A DNA stretch of 64,000 nucleotides from Candidatus Parcubacteria bacterium. Lineage in GTDB: Bacteria; Patescibacteriota; Minisyncoccia; UBA6257; 2-01-FULL-56-20. This document shows, in pieces, positions 8,051-16,105 of this stretch (positions are counted from its first letter, which is position 1; every line of letters begins with the position of its first letter). Both the position numbers and the translations under genes were made by a program. The notes under the pieces were generated by a model that did no database searches, had not been told where the DNA came from, and saw only the letters and a program-made list of their open reading frames with translations. The DNA lies in assembly GCA_027324805.1 (NCBI GenBank), contig DAHVRZ010000003.1, forward strand, positions 1,294 to 65,293. The letters run 5' to 3'.

Positions 8051-9842
8051 CGCTCCGACTGGCGAAACGCGCGCATGCGCGAACTGCGACACTCCGTTCG
8101 TCATTGAACCGGAGGATTTTTTGTTCTATGAACGGATGAAGGTGCCGCCACCGACATTCTGCCCGGACTGCCGGCTGCAGCGGCGGATGGTGTTTCGCAA
8201 CGAGAGAGCACTCTATAAACGGACATGCGATCTTTGTAAAAAAGCATTGATCGGTATTTATTCGGAAGGGACGCCATTCCCGGTCTATTGCAGCGAGTGT
8301 TGGTGGAGCGACAAATGGGACCCGGAAGATTATGCGATGGAATACGATTTCGGGAAGCCGTTCTTCGCGCAATGGAAAGAACTTCAAGATCGCGTCCCTC
8401 GGCAGCATACGAACAATACGGTGACGAGCACCATTGTGAACAGTGTGTATACAAATTGCGCGGGTGATATGAAAAATTGCTATCTCGTCTTCGGTGCCAT
8501 GAACGACGAGGATAGTATGTATTCCCATTATCTCAACTATTCCCGATTCTGTGTCGATGATTTGTACGTCCTGAATTCCGAACATTGCTATGAGTGCGTT
8601 GATGTCGAACAATGCAACAATGTCCGCTGGTCCCAGTCGTGCCTCGGGTGTCGGGATTCGGCGTTCCTCTTCGATTGCCGCAACTGCAATGACTGTATCG
8701 GGTGCGTCGGCCTCCGCAATAAGCAATATCATATTTTCAATAAGCCTTACTCGAAGGAAGGATATATAAAAGAAAAAGAGAGCCTCGGGCTCGACTCCCG
8801 CGCCGGCATCGGACGATTCCGCGAACGATTTATGCGCGAACTCTATTACAAACTTCCGCGCAAGCATTATCACGGACAGATGAATAAGGATTCGACGGGG
8901 GACTATCTTTCGAATTCCGAACGTACCGAGTCCGCCTTCTATACCAAAAATGCCCGCGGTTCGAAGTATATTTTCTGGGCGCAAAATGTAAATGACGTAT
9001 ACGATTATTTCGCATGGGGCGATATGGAACTTTGCTGCGAATGCGTTTCCGGCGGCTACGGCATGCATAACTGCAAATTCACCCACACATGCTGGACAGA
9101 GCTTCGCAATGTCGATTATTCAAGTCTTTGCTTTACAGGGTCGGACCTTTTCGGATGCATCGGTATGAGAAACAAGCGTTTCTGCGTGCTCAACAAGCAA
9201 TATGGCGAAGCGGAATATCGCGATATGCGGGCGCGCATCCTGGCGCAGATGGATATTGTGCCGTATCGGGATGCACAAGGGATCGAATACCGTTATGGGG
9301 AGAATTTTCCGATCGAGCTTTCGCCTTTCGCATATGCCGATACGGTTGCACAGGAGCATTTTCCGCTTTCGTCTGACGAGATCGCGACGCGCGGTTACGG
9401 CAAGCAGGGGGCGCAGGATCATGCGAATAATGCAGTGACAAAGGGCGCGGTGGACCTCCCGGACTCCATCGAAAATGTTTCGGATACGATCCTTGATGAG
9501 GTCATCGGGTGCGCGCACAACGGGTTGTGCACGCATCAGTGTTCCAACGCATTCCGGATCATTCCCGCGGAATTGGAGTATTATCGCCACAAAGATATCC
9601 CACTACCCATGCTTTGCCATAATTGCCGCCACGGGGAGCGCGTGGCCCTCCGCAATCCTCTGAAACTTTGGCATCGGAAATGCCGCTGCTCCGGCGTACG
9701 GGATGAAGAGGGGTTGTATGTGAATAGGGGAGCTCATTTCCACGGCAAGGATGCATGCCCGAACGAATTTGAGACCTCCTATGCGCCAGACCGGCCCGAG
9801 ATCGTCTATTGCGAACAGTGCTACAACAGCGAAATCGCCTGA
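8034..9842 (+). CDS. Cysteine-rich multi-zinc-ribbon protein, paralog 1 of 5 (602 aa)
   Basis: N-terminal CxxC-x27-CxxC plus CxxC-x17-CxxC (CANCDTPFVIEPEDF...TFCPDCRLQRR...CDLCKK...PVYCSECWWSDKWDP). Internal Cys repeats end in GC.G.RNKxYxIxNKxYxxEEY. C-terminal ribbons FRIIPAELEYYRH..PLPMLCHNCRH...LWHRKCRC...CPNEFETSY..RPEIVYCEQCY. No signal peptide. Confidence 0.8.
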   Translation: MPEGINAPTGETRACANCDTPFVIEPEDFLFYERMKVPPPTFCPDCRLQRRMVFRNERALYKRTCDLCKKALIGIYSEGTPFPVYCSECWWSDKWDPEDYAMEYDFGKPFFAQWKELQDRVPRQHTNNTVTSTIVNSVYTNCAGDMKNCYLVFGAMNDEDSMYSHYLNYSRFCVDDLYVLNSEHCYECVDVEQCNNVRWSQSCLGCRDSAFLFDCRNCNDCIGCVGLRNKQYHIFNKPYSKEGYIKEKESLGLDSRAGIGRFRERFMRELYYKLPRKHYHGQMNKDSTGDYLSNSERTESAFYTKNARGSKYIFWAQNVNDVYDYFAWGDMELCCECVSGGYGMHNCKFTHTCWTELRNVDYSSLCFTGSDLFGCIGMRNKRFCVLNKQYGEAEYRDMRARILAQMDIVPYRDAQGIEYRYGENFPIELSPFAYADTVAQEHFPLSSDEIATRGYGKQGAQDHANNAVTKGAVDLPDSIENVSDTILDEVIGCAHNGLCTHQCSNAFRIIPAELEYYRHKDIPLPMLCHNCRHGERVALRNPLKLWHRKCRCSGVRDEEGLYVNRGAHFHGKDACPNEFETSYAPDRPEIVYCEQCYNSEIA

Positions 9843-9852
9843 GACTTTTTCC

Positions 9853-11559
9853 ATGAACGCCGAAGAAAAGACCTGTCAGAATTGCAAAGCGGCGTTCACG
9901 GTTGAGCCGGAGGATTTTTCATATTATGAGAAAGTGAAGGTGCCGCCGCCGACGTTCTGCCCGGACTGCCGGCTGCAGCGCCGGCTCGCATTCATGAATC
10001 TCTCGAACCTTTACCGCCGGAAATGCGATCTTTGTAAAAAGGACGGGCTATCCATGTTCCACCTCTCTGCGCCGTACAGAGTATATTGCCACGAATGCTG
10101 GTGGTCGGACGCATGGGATCCTTTCGAGTATGGCCGCGATGTGGATTTCAGCAGGCCATTCCTAGAGCAATATAACGAGCTTTTGCACGAAGTGCCCGTT
10201 ATTGGGCTTACGGTTGACACGACGAACGTGAATTCGCCATACGTGAACCTTGCGGGACACGTAAAGAATTCATATCTCATATTTCATGCCGACTTCGACG
10301 AGGATTGCCTCTATGGATTTTATGTCGTGAACAATAAGAGCCTCGTCGATTGCTCGCTCATGATGAACTCGGAGCTCTGCTACGATTCCATGCACGCGTA
10401 CAAGTGCAGTGGATGTGTCGGATTGCGAAGCCAGGTGACGGAGTCGCTGAACAGCGCCTTCCTTAAGGATTGTGATAATTGCCAGGATTGCTTCGGGTCG
10501 GCGAATCTTCGAGGGAAGAAATACTATATCTTCAATGAGCCGTATTCCCGCGAGGGATATATCGAGGAGATGAAAAAGTGGAACCTTGGCTCATATGCGA
10601 TTTACAAGGATGCCGAACGCCGCGCGAACGAGGCATGGAAGAGCGTGCCGCCATGCCCGTATTTCATGGATTTCTCGGTGAACTGTACGGGGAATAATAT
10701 TTTCGAATCGAAGAACTGCAGGGATTCGTTCGAAGTGATCGCCGCCCAGGATTCGCGGTTTGTCATGATGCAATATCTGCCGACCACGAAAGATTGTTAT
10801 GACACGACGAGTTGGGGGAATAATGCGTCGCTGTGCTATGAGGCATCGAATGTCGGAGAAGGTGCGGCACAGGTCCGTTTTTCGCAGGAGTCGGGGATTA
10901 ATGCGTTCGATATCGAGTACTCGAAAGCGGCGCTGAACGGCGCGCGGCACCAGTTCGGATGCAGTGCCATCCGCAAAACGCCGTACTGCATCCTCAATAA
11001 GGCCTATTCGGAAAATGAATACAAGATACTTCGGAAGAAGGTGATCGCACATATGGACGCGATGCCGTATACCGATATGGCGGGAAATATTTATCGCTAC
11101 GGTGAATTTTTTCCGCTGGAATTCATGCCGTTCCCGTACAATATTACCCTGGCAAACAGCTTCTTTCCGCTCGCCAAAGAAAAGGCGGTGGCGAAAGGAT
11201 TGCGTTGGCATGATGACGAACCGTCGACGTATGCGACAACAATAAAGGCCGCCGACCTCCCCGATCATATCAGGGATATCGATGATGCCATCCTGAAGGA
11301 AGTGATTGCTTGTGCGAAGTGCGGTCGGGGGTATCGTGTCATCGAAGCAGAGCTGCGTTTTCTGAAGGGCCGCAATCTGCCGTTGCCGCGCGAGTGCCCG
11401 TTCTGCCGTATTGCGGAAAAGATAGGGCTTTGGGCGGCACGCCGGAAAATGACGGAGCGAAACTGCGCGGAATGCGGCGCGACATTCGAGGCGTGCTATA
11501 CCCAGGCCGAAGCGCCGCGGATCCTTTGTAAAAGCTGCTGGCAGAAACAGCTTCCGTAA
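9853..11559 (+). CDS. Cysteine-rich multi-zinc-ribbon protein, paralog 2 of 5
   Basis: Start taken at internal ATG (MNAEEKTCQNCKAAFTVEPEDF...), which matches the other paralogs. The ORF-track start at 9751 overlaps paralog 1. Same conserved N- and C-terminal Cys motifs. Confidence 0.8.
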   Translation: MNAEEKTCQNCKAAFTVEPEDFSYYEKVKVPPPTFCPDCRLQRRLAFMNLSNLYRRKCDLCKKDGLSMFHLSAPYRVYCHECWWSDAWDPFEYGRDVDFSRPFLEQYNELLHEVPVIGLTVDTTNVNSPYVNLAGHVKNSYLIFHADFDEDCLYGFYVVNNKSLVDCSLMMNSELCYDSMHAYKCSGCVGLRSQVTESLNSAFLKDCDNCQDCFGSANLRGKKYYIFNEPYSREGYIEEMKKWNLGSYAIYKDAERRANEAWKSVPPCPYFMDFSVNCTGNNIFESKNCRDSFEVIAAQDSRFVMMQYLPTTKDCYDTTSWGNNASLCYEASNVGEGAAQVRFSQESGINAFDIEYSKAALNGARHQFGCSAIRKTPYCILNKAYSENEYKILRKKVIAHMDAMPYTDMAGNIYRYGEFFPLEFMPFPYNITLANSFFPLAKEKAVAKGLRWHDDEPSTYATTIKAADLPDHIRDIDDAILKEVIACAKCGRGYRVIEAELRFLKGRNLPLPRECPFCRIAEKIGLWAARRKMTERNCAECGATFEACYTQAEAPRILCKSCWQKQLP

Positions 11560-11565
11560 CGCATA

Positions 11566-13353
11566 ATGATAGAAAATATGGAAACAAAGGTTTGTGCGAA
11601 TTGCGGAACGAAGTTCGAAGTCTCGTCCCAGGCGTCGGCGTTCCAGGCGAAGATCGGGGTGCCCTCGCCAACGTTCTGTCGCGACTGCCGCGTGGCGCGC
11701 CGCATGGCATTCCGCAATGAACGAGTGCTTTATAAAAAGAAGTGCGACGCGCCGGGGCACGATGAGATGATTGTTTCCGTCTTTGCGACGGAGAGCAAGC
11801 AACGCACCTACGACCACGCGGCATGGTGGGGTGACGCATGGGATCCTCTCGATTATGGTCGCGATATTGATTTCACCAAGCCGTTTCTCCAGCAGATCAG
11901 GGAGCTTTGGCCCGAGGTGCCTGACGTTTCGGTTCTCAATATCAACCCGGTAAACAGCGATTACTGCAACATCACCGAAGGTAACAAGAACTGCTATCTC
12001 GTTTACGGCGGCGACTTCAATGAGAACACGTCCTATTCGACCTATATCTTTCGCAGTAAGGAGTCGCTCGACACGTATTGGATACAGAACTCAGAATTCA
12101 ATTATGAGACGATTGATTGCACCGAAGGTTCGAAGCTCCTCTGGAGCCGCTACTGCGAAGGCTGTTATAACAGTGCATTCTTGTTCAATTGTCGCCACTG
12201 CCACGACTGCTTTGGCTGCGCGAATCTCGTGAATAAATCCTACTGCTTTTTCAATGAGCAGCTTACCAAGGAGGAATATGAAAAAAGGATCAAGGAATTC
12301 GATCTCTCAAGCCATGAGGGTGTGGAGCGAGCAAGGGCCCGATTCGCGGAACATTCCCTCAAATATCCCCGGCGTTTTGCGCGGATGATCAAGGCGGTGA
12401 ATTCGACCGGCGACAATATTGAGAATTGCCGCAATTGCGAGCGCTGTTTCGATGTTTTCCAGGGTGCCGAAAATTGCTCGGACGTTTTCCTTGTCTATTC
12501 GAACGTGAAGGACAGCATTGATGCGGACCACTGCGGACAGGCAAGCGAGCTCGCATACGAATCCTCGGCGGTGTATCCGGGCAGTCGCGTGCTTTTCTCG
12601 CGTTTCATCTTTAATGCGAATAATATCCAGTATTCCTACAACTGCCACAACTCCAACGATCTTTTCGGATGCATCGGTATCCGCAACAAGCAGTACTGCA
12701 TCCTCAACAGGCAATATTCAAAAGAAGAGTACGAGGGACTGGTGCCGAAGATCATCCGGCATATGAAGGAAATGCCGTATATTGACAGTCGGGGCATAAA
12801 ATACGGCTACGGAGAATTCTTTCCTGTGGAATTTTCACCGTTCGCATACAATGAGACGATCGCGCAGGAAATGTACCCGATCTCCCAAGGGCAGGCGGAA
12901 CAGTATGGCCTCCCGTGGCGCGCCCCGGAAGAAAAAGGATATGCGCCGACGAAGCACGCAAATGAACTTCCTGATCGCATTGCGGATGTGGACGATTCGA
13001 TCCTTAAGGAGATCATCGAGTGCTCGCACGGAGGAAATTGCAACGATCAGTGCACGAGGGCGTTCCGGATCATACCCTCAGAGCTTGCGTTCTACCGCCA
13101 TCTTGGCATTCCGCTCCCGCGCCTTTGTCCGATGTGCCGACACTTCGAGCGTGTCCGCCGGCGCAATCCGTATCGCCTCTGGCACCGGAAGTGCCAGTGT
13201 GCCGGAGCGGCGACCGAGAGAGGGGATTATAAGAATCTTGGCATGCATGCGCACGGCCAAGCGCACTGCGCGAATGAATTCGAAACGAGCTACGATCCGA
13301 AGCGGCCGGAAGCCGTATATTGCGAGGAGTGCTACCAGCAGGAGGTTATGTGA
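11566..13353 (+). CDS. Cysteine-rich multi-zinc-ribbon protein, paralog 3 of 5
   Basis: MIENMETKVCANCGTKFEV...TFCRDCRVARR...WWGDAWDP. The second N-terminal ribbon is degenerate: its Cys residues are lost. C-terminus FRIIPSELAFYRHLGIPLPRLCPMCRH...LWHRKCQC...CANEFETSYDPKRPEAVYCEECY. Confidence 0.8.
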   Translation: MIENMETKVCANCGTKFEVSSQASAFQAKIGVPSPTFCRDCRVARRMAFRNERVLYKKKCDAPGHDEMIVSVFATESKQRTYDHAAWWGDAWDPLDYGRDIDFTKPFLQQIRELWPEVPDVSVLNINPVNSDYCNITEGNKNCYLVYGGDFNENTSYSTYIFRSKESLDTYWIQNSEFNYETIDCTEGSKLLWSRYCEGCYNSAFLFNCRHCHDCFGCANLVNKSYCFFNEQLTKEEYEKRIKEFDLSSHEGVERARARFAEHSLKYPRRFARMIKAVNSTGDNIENCRNCERCFDVFQGAENCSDVFLVYSNVKDSIDADHCGQASELAYESSAVYPGSRVLFSRFIFNANNIQYSYNCHNSNDLFGCIGIRNKQYCILNRQYSKEEYEGLVPKIIRHMKEMPYIDSRGIKYGYGEFFPVEFSPFAYNETIAQEMYPISQGQAEQYGLPWRAPEEKGYAPTKHANELPDRIADVDDSILKEIIECSHGGNCNDQCTRAFRIIPSELAFYRHLGIPLPRLCPMCRHFERVRRRNPYRLWHRKCQCAGAATERGDYKNLGMHAHGQAHCANEFETSYDPKRPEAVYCEECYQQEVM

Positions 13354-13390
13354 CAAAAAAAGACCCGCCAAACCAAAAAGGTTCGTCGGG

Positions 13391-14014
13391 TCAGGATAGA
13401 GCGATCATGGGACGCTGTTTCCGCTTCAGTATCCAAATGAAGACAAGAACAGTGGAGCACATCATCATGGCGCGGATGGGATAGAGCGTCGCAAGGAGAT
13501 CGTGGCCCGAAGCCGCAACATAGATGCCAAGGATCGCGGCGGCCATTTCCGCGGTCCAAATGGACGGCGGCTCCGGCGTGCCCGGCCGCTTCCATGTCCA
13601 CAGTCGGCGATAGGTCGGATAATAGGCGACCGTCATGACGACCTGGAACCCTCCGACGCCCACGAGCGGCATATGCACCTCCAGCCAGGCAATGAAGGTT
13701 GCGGCGGAGATGGCAAGGCATATCCATTCGTTCGGATGGAATCGGATGCCTTCCTTTCGGTTTTTCACAATGAGCGTCCCGAGAATGAAGGTCACTGCGA
13801 GACAGTCCGTCGTATTCGCGACGTTGCGCACAAGATCGTGCGACGGCGCCGAAAGATAGGTGACGAGGCTCATGATGACGCCTATTTCAAAGATGATCCA
13901 GGTTGCGATCGGCGGATGCGCTTCTCCGCGGGCGATCTTCAGACAATAGGCCCCTCCCATGAAAAGGATAAGGGAGGCGGACGCCATCGCCGCAAAGGAT
14001 GGGAGCAGTCCCAT
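13391..14014 (-). CDS. Polytopic integral membrane protein (about 6 TM helices), hypothetical; opposite strand inside the array
   Basis: 207-aa ORF with repeated hydrophobic helices. Convergent with paralog 3 and divergent from paralog 4. Confidence 0.55.
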   Translation of the reverse strand: MGLLPSFAAMASASLILFMGGAYCLKIARGEAHPPIATWIIFEIGVIMSLVTYLSAPSHDLVRNVANTTDCLAVTFILGTLIVKNRKEGIRFHPNEWICLAISAATFIAWLEVHMPLVGVGGFQVVMTVAYYPTYRRLWTWKRPGTPEPPSIWTAEMAAAILGIYVAASGHDLLATLYPIRAMMMCSTVLVFIWILKRKQRPMIALS

Positions 14015-14102
14015 AACATCCTCCAGGGAGTGGATTTGCTGGCCGAATTATAACCAATGTACGCAATTTATGCAATATGGTACGATAAGCGATATTGAGC
14101 AT

Positions 14103-15836
14103 ATGGATCAGACGACCGCAACCTGCACGAGCTGTAAATCGCCGTTCGTGATCGAATCCGATGACCTCATTTTCTATAAAAAATTCGGTGTCCCTGCGCC
14201 GAAGATGTGCTTTTTTTGCCGTTCGCGTCTCCGCCTCGCATTCAAGAATGAACGATCGTATTACCATCGAAGGTGCGACAAATGCGGTAAAGAAACCATC
14301 TCGATGTACAGCACGAATAAACCATATGCCGTATGGTGCTACGATTGCTGGTTCTCCGATGATTGGGATGCCGCGGAATATGCGCGGGACTATGATCCTT
14401 CAAAACCGTTTCTTGAACAATTCGCCGAACTTTGGCGCTCGATGCCCAAGGTAGCACTCATCGGCGTTCGCAACGTGAACTCCGAGTATGTGAATATTTC
14501 GGCGGACAATAAGGAATGTTATATGATCGTGGAATCTTCGAACAATGAGAATTGCGCCCATTGCTATTGGATCCAACAATGCCATGACTGCGTTGACACT
14601 TCGTTTGCGCACCGCACGGAACTTTCCTATGAGAGCGACGATTGCTATAGCTGCTATGGTTTACGCTACAGCAAAGGATGCAGTGACAGCCGGGACAGTT
14701 TTTTTCTCCTTGATTGTCGGGGATGTTCGGATTGCATCGGTTGCATGAATCTTCGCAATAGAAAATATTGCATATTCAACGAGCAACTCACAAAGGAGGA
14801 ATATGAGAAGGCGAAGGACGGTATGCGGCTCGATACGGCGAGCGGTGTCGCGGCGGTCGGGAAGAATTTTTCAGACTTTGTGAAAACCCAGCCACTTCGT
14901 TATGCGGAGGTCTACAACGCTCCCGGATCGAGCGGCGATTATATCAACAATGCGAAAAATTGTCGTTATTGTTTTCATTGCTATGAATCCGAGGATTCTA
15001 AATACGGCGTCCATGTATGGGAAGGGGCGAAGGACTGCATGGATGTCGATACTGCCGGCCGCGGCGCCGAACACGTATACAATGCCATCAATTCCGGCAT
15101 CAATGTTTCGCATTACGTAGGTACGGCCGTCTGCTGGAGCTGTTCGTTCATGGAATATTCCTATTATTGCTTCAATTCAAACCATTGCTTCGGTTCCGTT
15201 GGACTCAGGAAAAAAGATTATCACATTCTTAATAAGCCATATGAGAAGGAGGAATTTGAAGTGTTGAGAGGAAAAATAGTCGCCGAGATGCGGGGAAAAG
15301 GGGAATATGGAGAATTTTTCCCGCCGGCCATAAGCACATTCGGTTACAACGAAAGTGCTGCGCAGGAGCAGTTTCCCCTTACGAAGGAAGGGGCCATCGC
15401 GCTCGGATTCTCATGGGAAGATACGCCGCGCGGAACATTTGGCAAAGAGACCATAGCATGGGAGAGCATCCCCGACTCGATACGGGACCTCGGAGCCTTG
15501 GATCCGGCAAAGGAAGTGTTTTTGTGCACCAAGTGTTCGAAGAACTATCGGATTATCCCGGCCGAACTGCAATTCTATAAGCGGCTCGAGATACCTTTAC
15601 CGCGGCTTTGCCCCGATTGCAGGCATGAACGCCGCTTTGCCGCGCGCGGACCGAACCAGCTCTTTGAGCGCTCATGTAGCTGTTCGGGGTATGGATTGGC
15701 CGGTAGCACCTATGCGAACGCTTCGCGCCATTTCCATGGCAATGGCGAATGTCCCAACAAATTTATGACAAATTATACTCCAGATTATGATGGCATGGTG
15801 TACTGTGAGCAATGCTATAACGCTGAAATTACATGA
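14103..15836 (+). CDS. Cysteine-rich multi-zinc-ribbon protein, paralog 4 of 5
   Basis: Start at ATG 14103 (MDQTTATCTSCKSPFVIESDDLIFYKKFGVPAPKMCFFCRSR...; ATG 14070 is an alternative). The ORF-track start at 13959 overlaps the minus-strand membrane gene. Family motifs conserved through the C-terminal ...GMVYCEQCYNAEIT. Confidence 0.8.
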   Translation: MDQTTATCTSCKSPFVIESDDLIFYKKFGVPAPKMCFFCRSRLRLAFKNERSYYHRRCDKCGKETISMYSTNKPYAVWCYDCWFSDDWDAAEYARDYDPSKPFLEQFAELWRSMPKVALIGVRNVNSEYVNISADNKECYMIVESSNNENCAHCYWIQQCHDCVDTSFAHRTELSYESDDCYSCYGLRYSKGCSDSRDSFFLLDCRGCSDCIGCMNLRNRKYCIFNEQLTKEEYEKAKDGMRLDTASGVAAVGKNFSDFVKTQPLRYAEVYNAPGSSGDYINNAKNCRYCFHCYESEDSKYGVHVWEGAKDCMDVDTAGRGAEHVYNAINSGINVSHYVGTAVCWSCSFMEYSYYCFNSNHCFGSVGLRKKDYHILNKPYEKEEFEVLRGKIVAEMRGKGEYGEFFPPAISTFGYNESAAQEQFPLTKEGAIALGFSWEDTPRGTFGKETIAWESIPDSIRDLGALDPAKEVFLCTKCSKNYRIIPAELQFYKRLEIPLPRLCPDCRHERRFAARGPNQLFERSCSCSGYGLAGSTYANASRHFHGNGECPNKFMTNYTPDYDGMVYCEQCYNAEIT

Positions 15837-16105
15837 TTGAAACCGACATAGCGAATGAAATAAATACGATTAAAGAACGTAATCGTCGCGTGGAAGCGGA
15901 TAAGGCTTGGGAGAGGAGTATGCTTCGGATAGGCTCTATCACCGTTATCACATATATCATTGCGGCGTTCGTTATGTATACTATCGGGGTCAATGGATAT
16001 CTCCTGAATGCACTCATCCCGTCCATTGGATATTTTCTCTCCACTCAATCGCTTCCTGCAATAAAACAATGGTGGATCCGCCGTTGCTATAAAAAAGAGA
16101 AATGA
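15833..16105 (+). CDS. Small membrane protein (90 aa), translationally coupled on both sides
   Basis: ATGA overlap with the paralog 4 stop (15833-15836) and with the paralog 5 start (16102-16105). N-terminal charged helix followed by 2 hydrophobic segments. Confidence 0.5.
   Translation: MIETDIANEINTIKERNRRVEADKAWERSMLRIGSITVITYIIAAFVMYTIGVNGYLLNALIPSIGYFLSTQSLPAIKQWWIRRCYKKEK

Noticed and set aside
13362-13392. GACCCG...CGGGTC inverted repeat between convergent paralog 3 and the minus-strand membrane gene
   Set aside because: The 6-bp stem has a ~19-nt loop, which is too weak to call a terminator with confidence.
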